64,000 bases of DNA from Centroscyllium fabricii (taxonomy: Eukaryota): positions 249,612,001 through 249,676,000 of the forward strand of contig JBNRSN020000007.1 in the NCBI GenBank assembly GCA_051313645.2, given 5' to 3'. The notes beneath the pieces were generated by a model, which was given only the letters and a program-made list of their open reading frames with translations, had not been told where the DNA came from and ran no database searches. Below, one piece after another: positions 12,130 through 25,116 of the stretch. Position 1 is the stretch's first letter; each line of letters begins with the position of its first letter. The position numbers and the translations under genes are program-made.

Positions 12130-14030
12130 AAAGCAAAATACTGCAGACGCTGGAAATCTGAAATTTAAAAAAAAAATCTGGAAATACTCAGCAGGTCAGG
12201 CAGCATCTGTGGAGAGAGAAACAGAGTTAACAGTTCAGGTCGATGACCCTTCGTCAGAACTGGAAAAAGCTGGAGATGGAACACGTTTTTAAGCAAGTGT
12301 AGGGGCAGGGAAAGGGCGGGGGGAGGAAAGAACAAAATGGAAGGTCTGTGATAGGGTGGAAGGCAGGAGAGATTAAGAGACAAAAGGGATGATGGTGCAA
12401 GGCAAAGGGAGATGGTAATGGGACAAGTTAAGAAATAAAAGATGGCTCTAAATAAAGTGTAAATGGCACTGGCAGAATGAAAGACAGCTGCCATGTGAGA
12501 GAGAGAAAAAAATTGAAAAAAAAGATAGGGGCAGAGGTTAAGGGCTGAAATTGTTGAACTCGATGTGGAATCCAGAAGGCTGTAAAGTGCCTAATCGAAA
12601 GATGAGATGTTGTTCCTCGAGCTTACGTTGAGCTTCATTGGAACAGTGCAAGAGGCCGAGGACAGAGAGGTCAGTTTAGGAGTGGAGCAGAGAATTAAAG
12701 TGACAGGCGACTGGAAGCTTGGGGTCACCCTTACGGACTGAACAGAGGTGTTCCGCAAAACGGTCACCCAATCTGCATTTGGTCTCCCCAATGTAGAGGA
12801 GACTGCATCATGAGCAGTGAATACAGTATACTAGATTGCAAGAAGTACAAGTAAATCGCTGTTTCACCTGGAAGGAGTGTTTGGGGCCCTGGACAGTGGG
12901 AAGGGAGGAGGTAAAAGGGCATGTGTTGCATCTCCTGCACTTACACTTGAATGTGCCGGGCGAAGGGGTGTTGGGGGTGATAAACAAGTGAACCAGGGTG
13001 TCGCGGAGGGAGCAGTCCCTTTGGAATGCTGAAAAGGGAGGGGAAGATGTGTTTGGTGGTGGGATCATTTTGGAGGTGGTGGAAATGGTGGAGGATGATC
13101 TATTGAATGTGGAGGCTGGTGGGGTGAAAGGTGAGGACAAGGGGAACCCTATCCCTTCCCCTACCCAGGAGGGAGGGGAAGGGGTGAGAGCAGAAGTGCG
13201 GGAAATAGAGTGGACACAGTCAAGGGCCATGTTAACCACAGTAAAGGGGAATCCTCAGTTGAGGAAAAAAGGAAGACATGTCGGAAGCACTGGTATGGAA
13301 GGTGGCATCATCAGAGACAGAGAAACTGGGAGAATGGAATAGAGTCCTTACAGGAAGCGGGGTGGGAGCAAATATAATCCAGGTAGCTTAGGGAGTCAGT
13401 AGGCTTATAGTGAATGTTAGTCAATAGGTTATCCCCAGAGATGGAGACAGAGAAGTCGAGGAAGGGAAGGGGAGAGTCAACAATTAACCATGTGAAGGTG
13501 AGGAAAGGGTGGAAATTGGAAGCAAAGTGAATGAAATGTTCTAGTTGTGGGTGAGAACACTGTTCCTGGGACTAGGGACAGGGTCACTGGCAAGGCTTGG
13601 AAGCTAGCAGGGCCAGGCCTGGTTAGTAGTTGGATGGGTGACCACCAGGGAATACCAGGTGCAGAAGGTCACGAAAGGAGCCCCAGGGAGGAGTGGTTGG
13701 CTGAAGATTGTCGGAATGATGGAAAGATGGAATGGCGGCGCGCACAGACGCAGCGGCTTTGCTGGACTCTTGGGAGCTTGCAAGATCACATTTTGTTGTT
13801 CATGTACTTGTACATTGAATAATGACAATAAAAGTTGAATTATTATTACTATTAACAGGAACCAGCACCAATATAGTCATCAATGTATCAGAAAAAGAGG
13901 TGAGGGAGGGGACCTTAGTAGGACTGGAACAAAGAATGTTTCACATATCCCACAAAAAGGCAGGAATAGCTAAGACCCATGCGAGTTCCCTTAGCAACAC
14001 CTTTATTTTGGAGGAAGTGAGTGGAGTAGG
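12130..14030 (-). mobile_element. Penelope-like element: RT C-terminus, GIY-YIG endonuclease and terminal repeat
   Basis: CKCRRCNTC..FTCTSCNLVYCIHC followed by YIGET..RFAEH (GIY-YIG); 3' terminal repeat at 12130-12280. Interrupted at 13547-13854. Confidence 0.9.
13547..13854 (+). mobile_element. 5S rRNA-derived SINE (SINE3-like) with a Rex1/Babar-type 3' tail
   Basis: 13599-13668 (gaagctagcagggccaggcctggttagtagttggatgggtgaccaccagggaataccaggtgc) matches the 3' half of 5S rRNA. Tail aatgacaataaaagttgaat(tat)n. Confidence 0.75.
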
Positions 14031-14034
14031 GATG

Positions 14035-15185
14035 CTGCCCGCATGCAGCAAGACCTGGATGATATTCAGGCTTGGGCTAATCAGTGGCAAGTAACATTCG
14101 CGCCACACAAGTGTCAGGCAATGACTACCTCCAACAAAAGAGAGTCTAACCTGTCACAGGGGGCCTGTTCCTTTAAGAATGAAAAACAGTTTTTTGCTGT
14201 GCTTCACAGCTGTTTTGAGGACTGGGTTCCCCTGTTATGTCATTAATTATTCTATTATCTGTCTATTGCTAGTTGTGTCCTGCTCTCATTGCCTCCAAGT
14301 TATTGGCTATCACCAAATGGTTTGCTGGCTGGTTTTAGTTCATAAACTGGAGGTAGGCATGAGAGCAGCGCGGGATCATTGTATTGTATTGTATTGTAAT
14401 GTGTTACTGAACTGGACTTCTACCACACATTCTTCAGGCCACTGGACTAAGTGGTTACTGCTGCTGTGCTGAGCTGCCGTCAGAGGCAAGGAGGTTTGGA
14501 GATCGTCTGACTCAGCCTTTACTTTGCACTCTGCTATTTCTGGTGCTCAGGCTGTGTTGCTCGACAGAGGCATTGAGGTGGAGATCATATCACTCTGCCT
14601 TGACAGTGCGCTCTGCTATCGGGAACCCAGCAATGGACAACTCATATGTGGAGTAAGGGCGTTCCCCTGCTTGTGGATCTGAATCCACTACTTGGACATT
14701 CGTTTCTTCATCCGAATCCAGGTTTGGACATTTGATACCTGTATGCAGAAGCTGTTCCCAAATCCTCTATGAAGTATTTGGATTGTGATGTCCTACTCGC
14801 AGAGGAGGACTTGTTCGTTTCTCTTTAAGTATTTGGATTGGGATGTCCTGCTTCTAGAGGAGAGCTCGTTTAAGTTGGACAGTTATGCCTGGACTTGTAT
14901 TCCTCGGGAGAAGGACGCGCTTGGTTGCGTGGCACCCCTCTATCCATTACTCACTATTTTGGGAAGTCTGTGCCAGTCTTTAGATAAGACTTGTGTTCAA
15001 TATGTTTCTTATATAATTGTATGTTTATGCTATTTTATGGGGTTGTGTAATAAAGGAGTTTAGTTATATAAGACGTTTCAGTGTCTCTGCATTTGGGCCC
15101 CGCCCTCATTCCATTTACACCCATCCGTTACACTAACCACTTCTTGACATTCAATGGCATTACCAGAACAGAATCCCCCACCACC
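14035..15185 (+). mobile_element. CR1-clade LINE fragment (same family as 43869-45470) split by a solo LTR
   Basis: MQQDLDDIQAWANQWQVTFAPHKCQAM..NKRESN continues after the LTR as HFLTFNGI. Confidence 0.8.
14152..15132 (+). mobile_element. Long solo LTR (981 bp) with 6-bp TSD
   Basis: TGTCACA..GTTACA ends; TSD CTAACC at 14146-14151 and 15133-15138; AATAAA near 15049; no coding capacity. Confidence 0.85.
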
Positions 15186-16925
15186 AAAACTGCACATCGT
15201 ACTCCAGGTGTGGTCTCACCAAGGCCCTGTATAACTGCAGTAAGACATCCTTGCTCCTGTACTCAAATCCTCTTGCAATGAAGGCCAACAGACCATTTAC
15301 CTTCCTAACTGCTTGCTGCATCTGTATGTTTGCTTTCAGTGACTGGTGTACAGGAACACCCAGGTCCCTTTTTACATCAACATTTCCTAATCTATCACCA
15401 TTTAAATAATACTCTGCCATTCTGTTTTTCCTACCAAAGTGGATAAAGTGGATAATGTAAGATTCTCAAAATTCACAGATCCCCAAAACTCAGAGAAAAA
15501 ACCTAAAGAAAAGAACTTTGGACTCTTTTCTAACCACTTCAGGGTGATAAAATGGCCTAACAGAGGGAGATTCAATGTCAAAAACCAAGATTTGGTATTT
15601 TAAAAAGGCATGTTTGGACTTGTAAAGGAAAAGGCTGCAACAAAGAAATGGGATCAACCTCTGTAATAGACAGTTTGAGTATTGGAGTTAATCAAATTGT
15701 CTGGGGAACTGTGTAACCTCAATTCATCCACTATCAGACATTTACATTCTAACAATAGACCCATGGAAGAACAGCCCCCACCCAAATTACAAACCCATCC
15801 AAAACATGCATAATACAAATCACCTCACCAACCTACATAGAAATCTCAGGCCCAGACAGGAAACTCGAAACCTGAGTATAATTACTACAATCAAACAGCT
15901 CATGGAACCATCTCAAAACCACTTCACACATTCATAAACAAGTTACCTTAACGAGCCCGCCCAAATCTTACAATAAACCAGAACTGATTTGGCACACAGA
16001 TAGGAGGCCCCAATTAGTATAATTGAAAGCCTGTTTTCTAAAGACAGAGAAGTCAAGAAGTTTGAAAGACTGCAGAAGTTCGAGGCAACTCAAGAAGTTC
16101 TCTCTCAGAAAGGTCGCACCAGAAGCAACACACAAGAAAAACCGAAGCATCAAAACAAGGCAGCATTCTACCGTACACCCAAGTTCAACAGCTTCAGTGA
16201 CCCAAGACATTGGCGGACACCTCGTGGCAACAAGGGCCTTACGAAATTACCACCAACCAACCGGGTAATATTGGGCCAGCGCGACCATAGAAAACCAACT
16301 CGGGAGAAAACAGACGTTTTCCACTCTGCAATCTATTCCTGACTTACCCCAGGGTAAGATTTTTACTTAAAAGACTCTAAACCCTATCTCTAACAGAAGA
16401 AAAGTGGGTACTCACCCGATAAATCCAATACGCACCCTAACGCATCAGCGGACTCGCGAAGACTGACCAAACATGCAGTCGGCGTCCTCTATCGCATCCG
16501 GGGTATGGTAGGCCCCAACCAACACAACCAGTGAGCCCTGAAAGCACGAACCAGCTCAACTGTCAAGGATTCATTTGGTGAGCATTATCCCTGATCCTCT
16601 AGAGCCCAACTTAGCTAGTAAAGTGGGATTGGGAGGGGTGAGGTATTTTTCTACTGTAATTTCCCTCATGTGTATCGAAGTGTACCCCATTTTATTAGTG
16701 TGTTAAAGTTGTTGTTATATTTTCTCTCTTGAATAAAGATCAAAGTTTCTTGCACCAAAACCAGTTGTCTGCTGCACTTTTGTCACAACCCCCAAATAAG
16801 TCCAAGGTCTAGAACCAAGGGAGTGGGAGTGATTCGAACCGCTCAGAAGCCAGAGGGGAAGCTGACACACACCACCACCCCCTACAATAACTTCACATTT
16901 ATTCACGTTATACTGCATCTGACAG
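15186..16925 (-). mobile_element. CR1 RT C-terminal fragment split by a long solo LTR
   Basis: ORF 15160-15420 YYLNG..RDLGV..LYRALVRPHLEY; the upstream part resumes at 16887 (MQYNVNKCEVI). Confidence 0.8.
15456..16886 (+). mobile_element. Very long solo LTR (1431 bp) with 4-bp TSD
   Basis: TGTAAG..CCTACA ends; TSD ATAA at 15452-15455 and 16887-16890; AATAAA near 16732; the flanks rejoin into contiguous CR1 sequence. Confidence 0.8.
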
Positions 16926-17020
16926 GGAACCATACACTCTCCACAATTTTCTATCAATTATGGAAGGAGATCATGGGGAGTGCATGCTTATCTGCTAATG
17001 TTGACAACAGTCATTTCTAG

Positions 17021-17148
17021 GCATTTGTTGCCAATGCTTTACCTCAAGACCAGAATCTTTACATAGTGATGAAGACCCACACTAGATTGCTTATAAAACC
17101 AGTGAACATGTGGAAACATATAAAAGAATTAATGAAAAATGTCATGGG
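17021..17148 (+). CDS. Candidate host-gene exon (phase 0 to 2): AFVANALPQDQNLYIVMKTHTRLLIKPVNMWKHIKELMKNVM(G)
   Basis: catttctag acceptor, gtatta donor; only this frame is open; phase-compatible with the exon at 28452. Confidence 0.45.
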
Positions 17149-17334
17149 GTATTAATGCTTGATGAATCCATCATATTAGTTAATAGATAATTTAATGGAC
17201 AATAACTTTTTCAATATATTAATAAAAAGTGTTTGTTACAAGATTAATAAGTAGATAAGAGATCATTATTAATATCAATAAACAATTTATCTGATGAAGA
17301 TATTTGAATAAATAAATTATCCACCAAATTAAAA

Positions 17335-17670
17335 ACCTTGTCGCAGTTTAATAGAACTGAGTGGCTTGTTAGGCCAATTCAGAGGGAAGTTAAGTCTGGT
17401 GCTTGAGTCACATATATAGGCCAGACTGGATAAGGACAGCAGGTTTCCTTCCCTAAAGAACTTTAGTGAACCATTTGGATTTTTACAACAATCCAACAGC
17501 TTCCTGGTCAATTTTACTGGCACCAGCTTTTTTTTCCAGGTTTAAAAAAAAGCTGAATTCAACTTCTCAAACTATGGTGGGATTTGAACTTCTGTTCCAT
17601 GGATTATTTGTCTTCTGCATTACTATTCTAGTAACGTAAACCCTGCACTACCGTAACCTATACCACTGCC
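17335..17670 (-). mobile_element. Old tRNA-derived SINE
   Basis: Reverse complement starts with a degenerate tRNA-like head (ggtagtgcagggtt..gaagttcaaatcccacca). Family not assigned. Confidence 0.55.
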
Positions 17671-18228
17671 AGATACTAAGACCGGAATTTTTTGCCGACA
17701 GTGTGGGCACAATTGGAGGCGGGTTGGGTGGGAAATTTGAAATAAGTTGGAGCGGGTCGAGAACCTGCTGTCATCCTGCCCCCAGCCACCTTTCTCTTGG
17801 GCGGGTTTGCCAGCGCGGCAGCGACCCGAACGGCAGAGGCGGCCAAGGTAATTTCGCTTATTATGATGTACTTGTCAGGCCTTTAAGAGTCTTTTTAACC
17901 CTACCTTTCAAATTTCTGTGGATGAGCATGGGAATCACACAGCTCAGGAACTATATCTGTGAACCTGAGGCGGATGTTGAGTGGCCATTGATCCAGTTCA
18001 TTAGTCCACAGCATGAAAAGTACAATAAAAACTCTCACCTGATGCCTTGTTACTCTCCTAAAGCAGATGCTGTTGCTGACTGCATTGCCAGCACAGATTT
18101 AGCTTTCTAGAGGTTGCAAGTCTTTTCAGCAAAGTCGAGATCCACTGCCACTTCATTGGTATCACCTATCACACCATTGACAGATTGCTTCTGTCATCAC
18201 TACTTGACCTCCCATCTATTACATCAGC

Positions 18229-19845
18229 ATGGGTGCCATTTATACAGTCTCACCTTGATCCTTAGAATCAGACTACGATGAGCCCCAACACCTGCAGCAC
18301 CAGCCCCAACACCTGCAGCACCAGCACCAACACCACCACCAACCACCTTCTCCTCAACCACCTGATGCTCCACAGTACAGAGGGCATCAGCGCAGGGTTG
18401 CACTGCGCCGGAGGCAATACCCCCAACACAGGGTATACAGGCAGAGGATGAGCTTCCTCAACATGACTGAGCAGCAGTGCCAAAGGAGGCTCAAGCTATC
18501 GTGCCAGGTCATCACAGATATTTGCACATTGCTGGAGGAAGACTTGCTGCCCCGAGGAACGGGCGGACACGTCTTACCAGTGGCTGTCAAAATCACCAGC
18601 GCCCTCAACCTCTTCATCTCAGGCTCCTTCCAGGGATCTGCAGCAAACATTTGCGGCATTTCGCAGTCGGCCACCAACAGATGCATCACACAGGTCACTG
18701 ATGCCCTCTTTGACAAGTCAGCCAATTATATCAACTTTGCCACTGGCGAAGCCAGTGTTACTGAGCGGACGCTGGCCTTTGCTGCTCTGGTTAGCATCCC
18801 ATGGGTCACAGAACACAGAAGATAGGAGCAGGAGTAGGCCATTCGGCCCTTTGAGCCTGCTCCGCCATTTTTGATGAGATCATGGCTGATCATCCAAACC
18901 CAGCACCCCCCTCCTACCTTCTCCCCATATCCCCCGACACCCTCAACTCTAAGAACACTCTCTCACACATACTCATGGGCAATTTTTCGTATCTCCAATT
19001 CACCTAACCTGCATGTCTTTGGGTGGTGGGAGGAAACCGGAGTACCCGGAGGAAACCCACACAAACACGGGGAGAACATGCAAACTCCACGCAGAGAGGT
19101 CCCGGGCCAAGCAGGATTCGAAACCAGGAGCTCCTTATTGCGAGGCAGCAGTGCTAACCACTGCGCCACCATGTCGTCCACTGCACACATGTGGCCATCA
19201 GGGCATTCCATCATCACCCAGGAGTCTTTGTCAACCACAAGGGCTTCCAATGTGCAGCTCGTCTGCAACCACAGGAAGACCATTATGCATGTGTTCACCA
19301 AATTCCCTGGCAGCTGCCATGACTCTTTTATCCTGCACCAGTCCACCCTCCCTCAGCTCTTCGCTCCTCCAAACAGGCTATCCAGCTAGCTGCTTGGAGA
19401 CAAGGGCTATCCACTGAAGACGTGGCTCATGACACCCTTGGAGGAGGTCAAGTACTGAAGCCCAGGAGAGATATAATGAAAGCCACATTTCCACCAGATA
19501 TGTCAAAGAGCAGACAATAGGCATGCTGAAAATGCACTTCAGATGCCTTGACAGATCTGGAGGAGCCCTTAGTACACATCAGCCAGGGTTTCCAGAATCA
19601 TCGTGGTCTGCTGCACCCTGCACAACATTGCGCAGCAGCGAGGCTTAGTGCTGCATGAGGACCAAGGCACTGAGCGGACAACCTCTTCCAAGAAGGAGGA
19701 GGAGGATGAGAAGCAGGAGGGCCATCAGCTGAAAGGCAAGGAGGAGGAGGATGAGGAGGAACCTGCGGTCCACATCCCACCAGCACCCGAGCACATTGCT
19801 GCCCGGGAGGCCAAGGATGACCTCACCATGGCCAAATTTACTTAA
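18229..19845 (+). pseudogene. Harbinger DDE transposase (HARBI1-like), disrupted
   Basis: [25 protein letters not shown]; after the SINE: [58 protein letters not shown]. Stops and frameshifts present. Confidence 0.9.
18806..19170 (-). mobile_element. V-SINE (HE1-like), full length, inserted in the Harbinger transposase
   Basis: A-box gtggcgcagtggttagc, B-box-like ggtttcgaatcc, V-domain, CR1 tail. Confidence 0.9.
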
Positions 19846-20119
19846 CTTTATGCATTACACCCATACAGCTGCCACATGCTGCACCAGGTTCCCTCCACCC
19901 CACCACAACATCATAAAAATCCCTACAATGACCAAGCCATTCCTTTCACACTGACCACCAGTGCTGGAGGTAATGTTATGTCTCACCATTCACTCCAACT
20001 CACTAAGCTACTTCCAAAGTTGCACAAAAATTTGTCCATGACTGGCGAGTGGTGAAAAATATTTTTACCACTGACATCACAGTAACGGAAACTTTACACA
20101 AACATTTATTAAAACACCC

Positions 20120-23100
20120 TTGTGCATCTAATTGTGTTTCATCTTTCTCTTCTGTGTTTTTCTACGAGGTGCTACCCCTATGGCTCAGGCAAAGGTAGAG
20201 ACATCATGCTCACTTCCCTACTGCAACTGCACAGACACTTTTGGCGGACATCCTCTGGGTTTTGGAGCCTGTGAGGGCCCTGCCAAAGTCTGCTCCTCCT
20301 GTGACTATGCAGGGGCGCACTCAGCCATCGTGATTCGAGACAGCATGTGGGGCTCTGACTGAGGAGGGGGGCAACAGGGGAGAAGTGTAAGTGCTTTGAG
20401 AGGAGCCCACACTTCCCTCTCCCTTCACCGTCATCCCTCTCATGGGCCAGCTGCACTTCCCTGCTAGAAAAGAGCTAGCGAGCACCATGCTGCCCATCAG
20501 TGGGGCCATGAGGACCCATGTTTACATTGTCAACCCTTCTAGACAGGAGGTATAGGAGCATCTGCCATCTATTCTCTGTAGATAGCCATCTATTCTCCAT
20601 GTGCTCCTGTGAGTGCTGCATTAGCTGCTCCATGCAGGTGGCCATCCTATCTATGGAAGAGCCTAAAGTCACCATCACCTGCGACACGGTGGTGCTCATG
20701 TTGAAGACGGACTCCTCCATTTTCTGCACATTTGCAGACATTGGGGTCGCAAAACCTGTCAAAGCCACCTGCACTTCTTTCTGCACCTCCAGGATCACTC
20801 TCTTTCAGGATGGCCCCCGAGGCTCAGCATCTGTATGCAGCTGAGCAGAGCTGGGAGCCTCCTGCACCCTCTGGCAAGGAGTCTCCACTGCTGTCCCATT
20901 CTCTCCTATCTGCTCTTGCTCACTTGTGACTTGTGAGACACCAGGTGACAAAACTACTCTCTCGCTTGGCACCCACTGAGGTGTGCGCATCTGCGCTGGT
21001 GCTGGGTGCGCTTATGTCTGCTGACGGTGCACCCTCAGAGGCTGGAGGCTCTTCTGAGGAGTCATAGAACATAGAACATAGAACATACAGCACTGTACAG
21101 GCCCTTGGGCCCTCAATTTAGTGCCGCGCTTAGTCCGTCTCTGATTTTTTCTGTCCCCCCTACTCTTCCTTCCCCTCCCTGAACCTATCTATCATCCTTT
21201 TAAAAGCACCCAGACTGTCCACATCCACTATTTCAGATGGTAGCCTATTCCATTCCCCGACCACTCTCTGCGTAAAGAACTTGCCCCTGCCATCCCTTCT
21301 GAATCTTCCTCCTTGAATCTTGTGCTCGTGCCCTCTTGTTGTCGTTCTTCCCACCCGGGGAAACAGTCTCTGCACGTTTACTCTATCGATCCCCTTCATC
21401 ATTTTAAACATCTCTATTAAGTCCCCCCTCTTCCTTCTCCGTTCCAGGGAGAAGAGTCCCAGCTCCCTCAACCTCTCCTCGTACGACTTTCCCCCCATTC
21501 CCGGCAGCATCCTGGTGAATCTCCTCTGCACCCTCTCCAGCGCCTCCACATCCCTCCTGTAGTACGGTGCCCAGAACTGCACACAGTACTCCAAGTGTGG
21601 TCTCACCAGTGACCTGTACAGCTGTAGCATGACCTCCCGGTTCTTAAACTCTATTCCCCTGTTGATGAAGGCCAATATACCATAGGCCTTTTTTACTGCC
21701 TTGTCCACCTGGGTGGCAGCCTTCAATGATCTGTGTACATATACTCCCAGATCCCTTTGATCCTCTGCTTCACTCAGGACCCTGCCGTTGACCCTATATT
21801 CCCTCTTCCTATTTGCCCTACCGAAGTGCATCACCTCGCATTTCCCCGTGTTGAACTCCATTTGCCATTCTTCAGCCCAGCTCTGCATCCTATCTATATC
21901 CCTCTGAATCTTTCTACTTCCTTCCTCCTCATCCACTACTCCCCCAATCTTTGTGTCATCCGCAAATTTGCTGACCCACCCCTCAGTCCCCTCCTCCAAG
22001 TCATTGATAAAGATTACAAATAGTAGTGGCCCCAACACCGACCCCTGTGGTACCCCACTGGTGACTGGTCTCCAACCCGAGTATTGGCCCTCTACCACTA
22101 CCCTCTGCTTCCTCTGAGCCAGCCAGTTCTCAATCCATCCCACCACTTCGTTGTTTACCCCGCAACTCCTTACTTTCTTCATGAGTCGACCGTGCGGGAC
22201 CTTGTCGAACGCCTTGCTGAAGTCTATATATATGACATCAACCGCCTTTCCCTCGTCCACACACTTGGTCACCTCTTCAAAGAATTCTATCAGGTTGGTC
22301 AGGCACGATTTGCCCTTAACGAATCCGTGCTGGCTGCTCCTGATTAATTTGCCCCTTTCTAGATGGTCGTAGATCCTGTCCCTCAGGACCCTTTCCATCA
22401 CCTTTCCGACCACCGAGGTAAGGCTCACTGGTCTGTAGTTCCCTGGCACGTCCCTGCTCCCCTTTTTAAATATGGGAACCACATTCGCCTCTCTCCAGTC
22501 CTCAGGGACTATCCCCGAGGATAGCGAGGAACTAAAGATAGAGGTCAGTGGCTCTTCGATTTCGTTCCTCGCTTCCCAGAGAATCCTTGGATATATCCCG
22601 TCCGGCCCAGGAGATTTGTCTACCTTCAGTTTCTCCAAAATATCTAATACCTCCCCCCTCTGAATATTTACTTCCCCCATCCTTTCCCCATGTATCTTGA
22701 ACTCCCCCTCTACTTTTAGTTCCCTCTCCCTTGTGAACACGGACGCAAAATATTCATTTAGTGCTTCCCCAATTTCCTCTGACTCCATGCACATTTCTCC
22801 CTTGCCGTCTTTGATCGGCCCTACTCTTATCCTAGTCATCCTTTCATTTCTTACGTAAGCATAGAAAGCCTTAGGGTTCTCCTTTATCCTTCCCGCTAAT
22901 GCCTTCTCATGCCCTCCCTTTGCCTTCCTTAGCCCATTCTTCAGTTTTTTCCTTGCTTCTTTGTACTCCTTTCCCGCCCCTGCTGTACACTGCTTCCTCA
23001 TTCTATCATATGCCTCCTTCTTCTTCTTTACTAATTGTTCTACCTCTTTCGTGATCCACGGTTCTCTCATCTTTCCCTTGTTTCCCATCCTACTCGGGAC

Positions 23101-24245
23101 ATGCTTATCCAGGGCTTTCATAATTTGCTCCCTGAACACTCTCCATTTTTCTTCCATTCCTCTCCCAGCAAGTTCCCGTTCCCAATTGGTGTTAGCTAAA
23201 TCGTGCCTAACCCTGTCGTAATTTCCCCTCCCCCAGCTGTATACCTTACCCTGCCTCATGCTCCTATCCTTCTCCATTACTATTGTGAACGTCACCGAGT
23301 TGTGGTCACTGTCCCCAAAGTGCTCCCTTACCCCCAGTTCTACCACTTGGCCTGGTTCATTTCCCAGAACCAGGTCCAACGTTGCCCCCCCCCCTTGTTG
23401 GTTCCTCCACGTATTGTGTCAGGAAACCTTCCTGCATCTTTCTCTTCCTCCTGGACAGTGGTGGACATTCACTGGCTGCTGACATCAGTCCCCATATGAA
23501 CGACGGCTGTATTCCATGTGGCTATATGAGATGTAATTCTGTCACCAGGTTGTTGAGATGTCGCCTTCTCTCTGTCTCCCACTTCCAGCTGCTCTGCGAC
23601 TTCGGACACTTCCAAGGTCTCTGCTGCTGTTAAGGTGGTGAAGGATGGAGGGCCATCTCTGGTCCTCTCCCTCTTATTGTGGGCTCTCTATTCCTGCAAG
23701 GACGGCAAGAAGAGAAGATTGAGTGAGAGTGATGGCCGAGTGTAAGGAACGGATGGGTTACATCTTTAGAGGGTGACTATGAGGGAGTGGGGTGGCAATG
23801 ATTAGTGGTCTCCTTGTGTGTTGTTAGTTGACATGATTGCATTAGGATGAGGGTGAGTGTGAGGGGTGGTTAGTCAGATGGGGAAGTGATAATATAGATG
23901 GAGAGAGGGATGGGTGGATGTACAAGGTATGTTGGTGTGATGAGAGTTACTGCAGGATAAAGTTGAGTGTGGCTTTGCACTCACCTTTCACGATCTAATA
24001 AGATAATTGAAAAATTTCCAGCACTGAACCCAGGTCCTCCAAACAACATCCCTGTTGTTGACTGCCTCTGCTATTTGGAGCCAGGCTCCTTTGGTCAGCT
24101 GGGGAGGTCTCTGCCACCCATTGAAAGGAAAGAGGACCTCCCTGCATGCTCTTACTCCCTCCACAAGAATATGGAGGGAGTCATCTGAAAACCTGGGTGC
24201 AGCCCTCTGTCTCTGTGCAGTCATGTCTGGCACTGTTTGGAACAA
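20120..24245 (-). pseudogene. Harbinger second gene (Myb/SANT-like DNA-binding protein), multi-exon, disrupted
   Basis: ORF 23988-24245 RAAPRFSDDSLHILVEGV..W.QIAEAVN..RTWVQCWKFFNYL. Downstream coiled-coil-like ORF 20475-20798. Split by the CR1 at 21063-23438; exon structure inferred. Confidence 0.75.
21063..23438 (-). mobile_element. Young 5'-truncated CR1 LINE; uninterrupted 739-aa ORF2 portion (21160-23379)
   Basis: GNYRPVSLTS, QHGFVKGKSCLTNL, SGVPQGSVLGP, FADD motifs; (gttctat)n tail at about 21063-21087. Confidence 0.95.
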
Positions 24246-24343
24246 TTCAATGGTGCAGTATAGTGCCTGCGCAATCCTAGATGAACCTTCAAATGCAATG
24301 TGGCCATGGTCCCTCTAAATACCCCGGTGAAAACGCGTCATCA

Positions 24344-25116
24344 ATTCAATTCAAATTTTATTGTCATTGCAGAGTACTAGTACAATACAACGAGACGAAG
24401 ACTCGACTCTCCCGAGAGTAGTGCAAATAAAATAAATAAATTACATGCAAAATGCATACAGTAGAGTACATTATCAGGCGTGCAGGTACCGGAGTTTCTT
24501 TTTAGAGTTCAGGAGGCTGACAGCCCTGGGGAAGAAGCTGTTCTGAAATCTAGTCGTGCGGGTGCAAATTGCTCTGTAGCGTCTCCCGGAGGGCAGGGGG
24601 GCGAACAGACTGTGGCTGGGGTGTGTGGGGTCTTTAATAATGTTCATAGACCTCCGTAAGCAGCGTTTGAGGTAGATGCTTTCCATTGACGGTAGCTGTG
24701 TACCGGTAATTCGTTGGGCAGTTTTGACTACCCGCTGCAGGGTTTTCCGGTCCGAGATAGTACAATTACCATACCAGACAGTGATGCAGCTTGTCAGTAT
24801 GCTTTCTATTGTGCAGCGGTAGAAGTTGGAGAGGATGCCGGATGACAGCCTGGCTTTCTTCAGCTTCCTTAGGAAGTACAGGCGCTGTTGGGCCTTCTTA
24901 ACCAGAGAGGAGGTGTTTAGTGACCAGGAGAGATCTTCCGAGATGTGGAGCCCGAGGAACTTGAAGCTGGACACCCTTTCCACCTCAGCCCCTTGGATGA
25001 AGATGGGGGTGTGTCTTCTGCTTCCAGTCCTCCGGAATTCCACTATGATCTCCTTGGTTTTCTTGGTGTTCAGTGCCAGGTTGTTGTCGGCGCACCAACC
25101 CACAAGGCGCTGGATC
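24344..25116 (-). mobile_element. Rex1/Babar LINE, 5'-truncated
   Basis: WCADNNLALNTKKTKEIIV..FKFLG..KKAQQRLYFLRKL..FYRCTIESILTSCITVWYG; tail aatgacaataaaatttgaattgaatt; possible TSD TCATCA at 24338-24343 and 25117-25122. Confidence 0.9.

Noticed and set aside
13599-13668. 5S rRNA gene
   Set aside because: Only the 3' half is present, with substitutions and no T-run terminator; it is embedded in a retroposon.
18229-19845. Domesticated HARBI1 / NAIF1-type host genes
   Set aside because: Stops, frameshifts, a SINE insertion and flanking TIR/TSD indicate a dead transposon.
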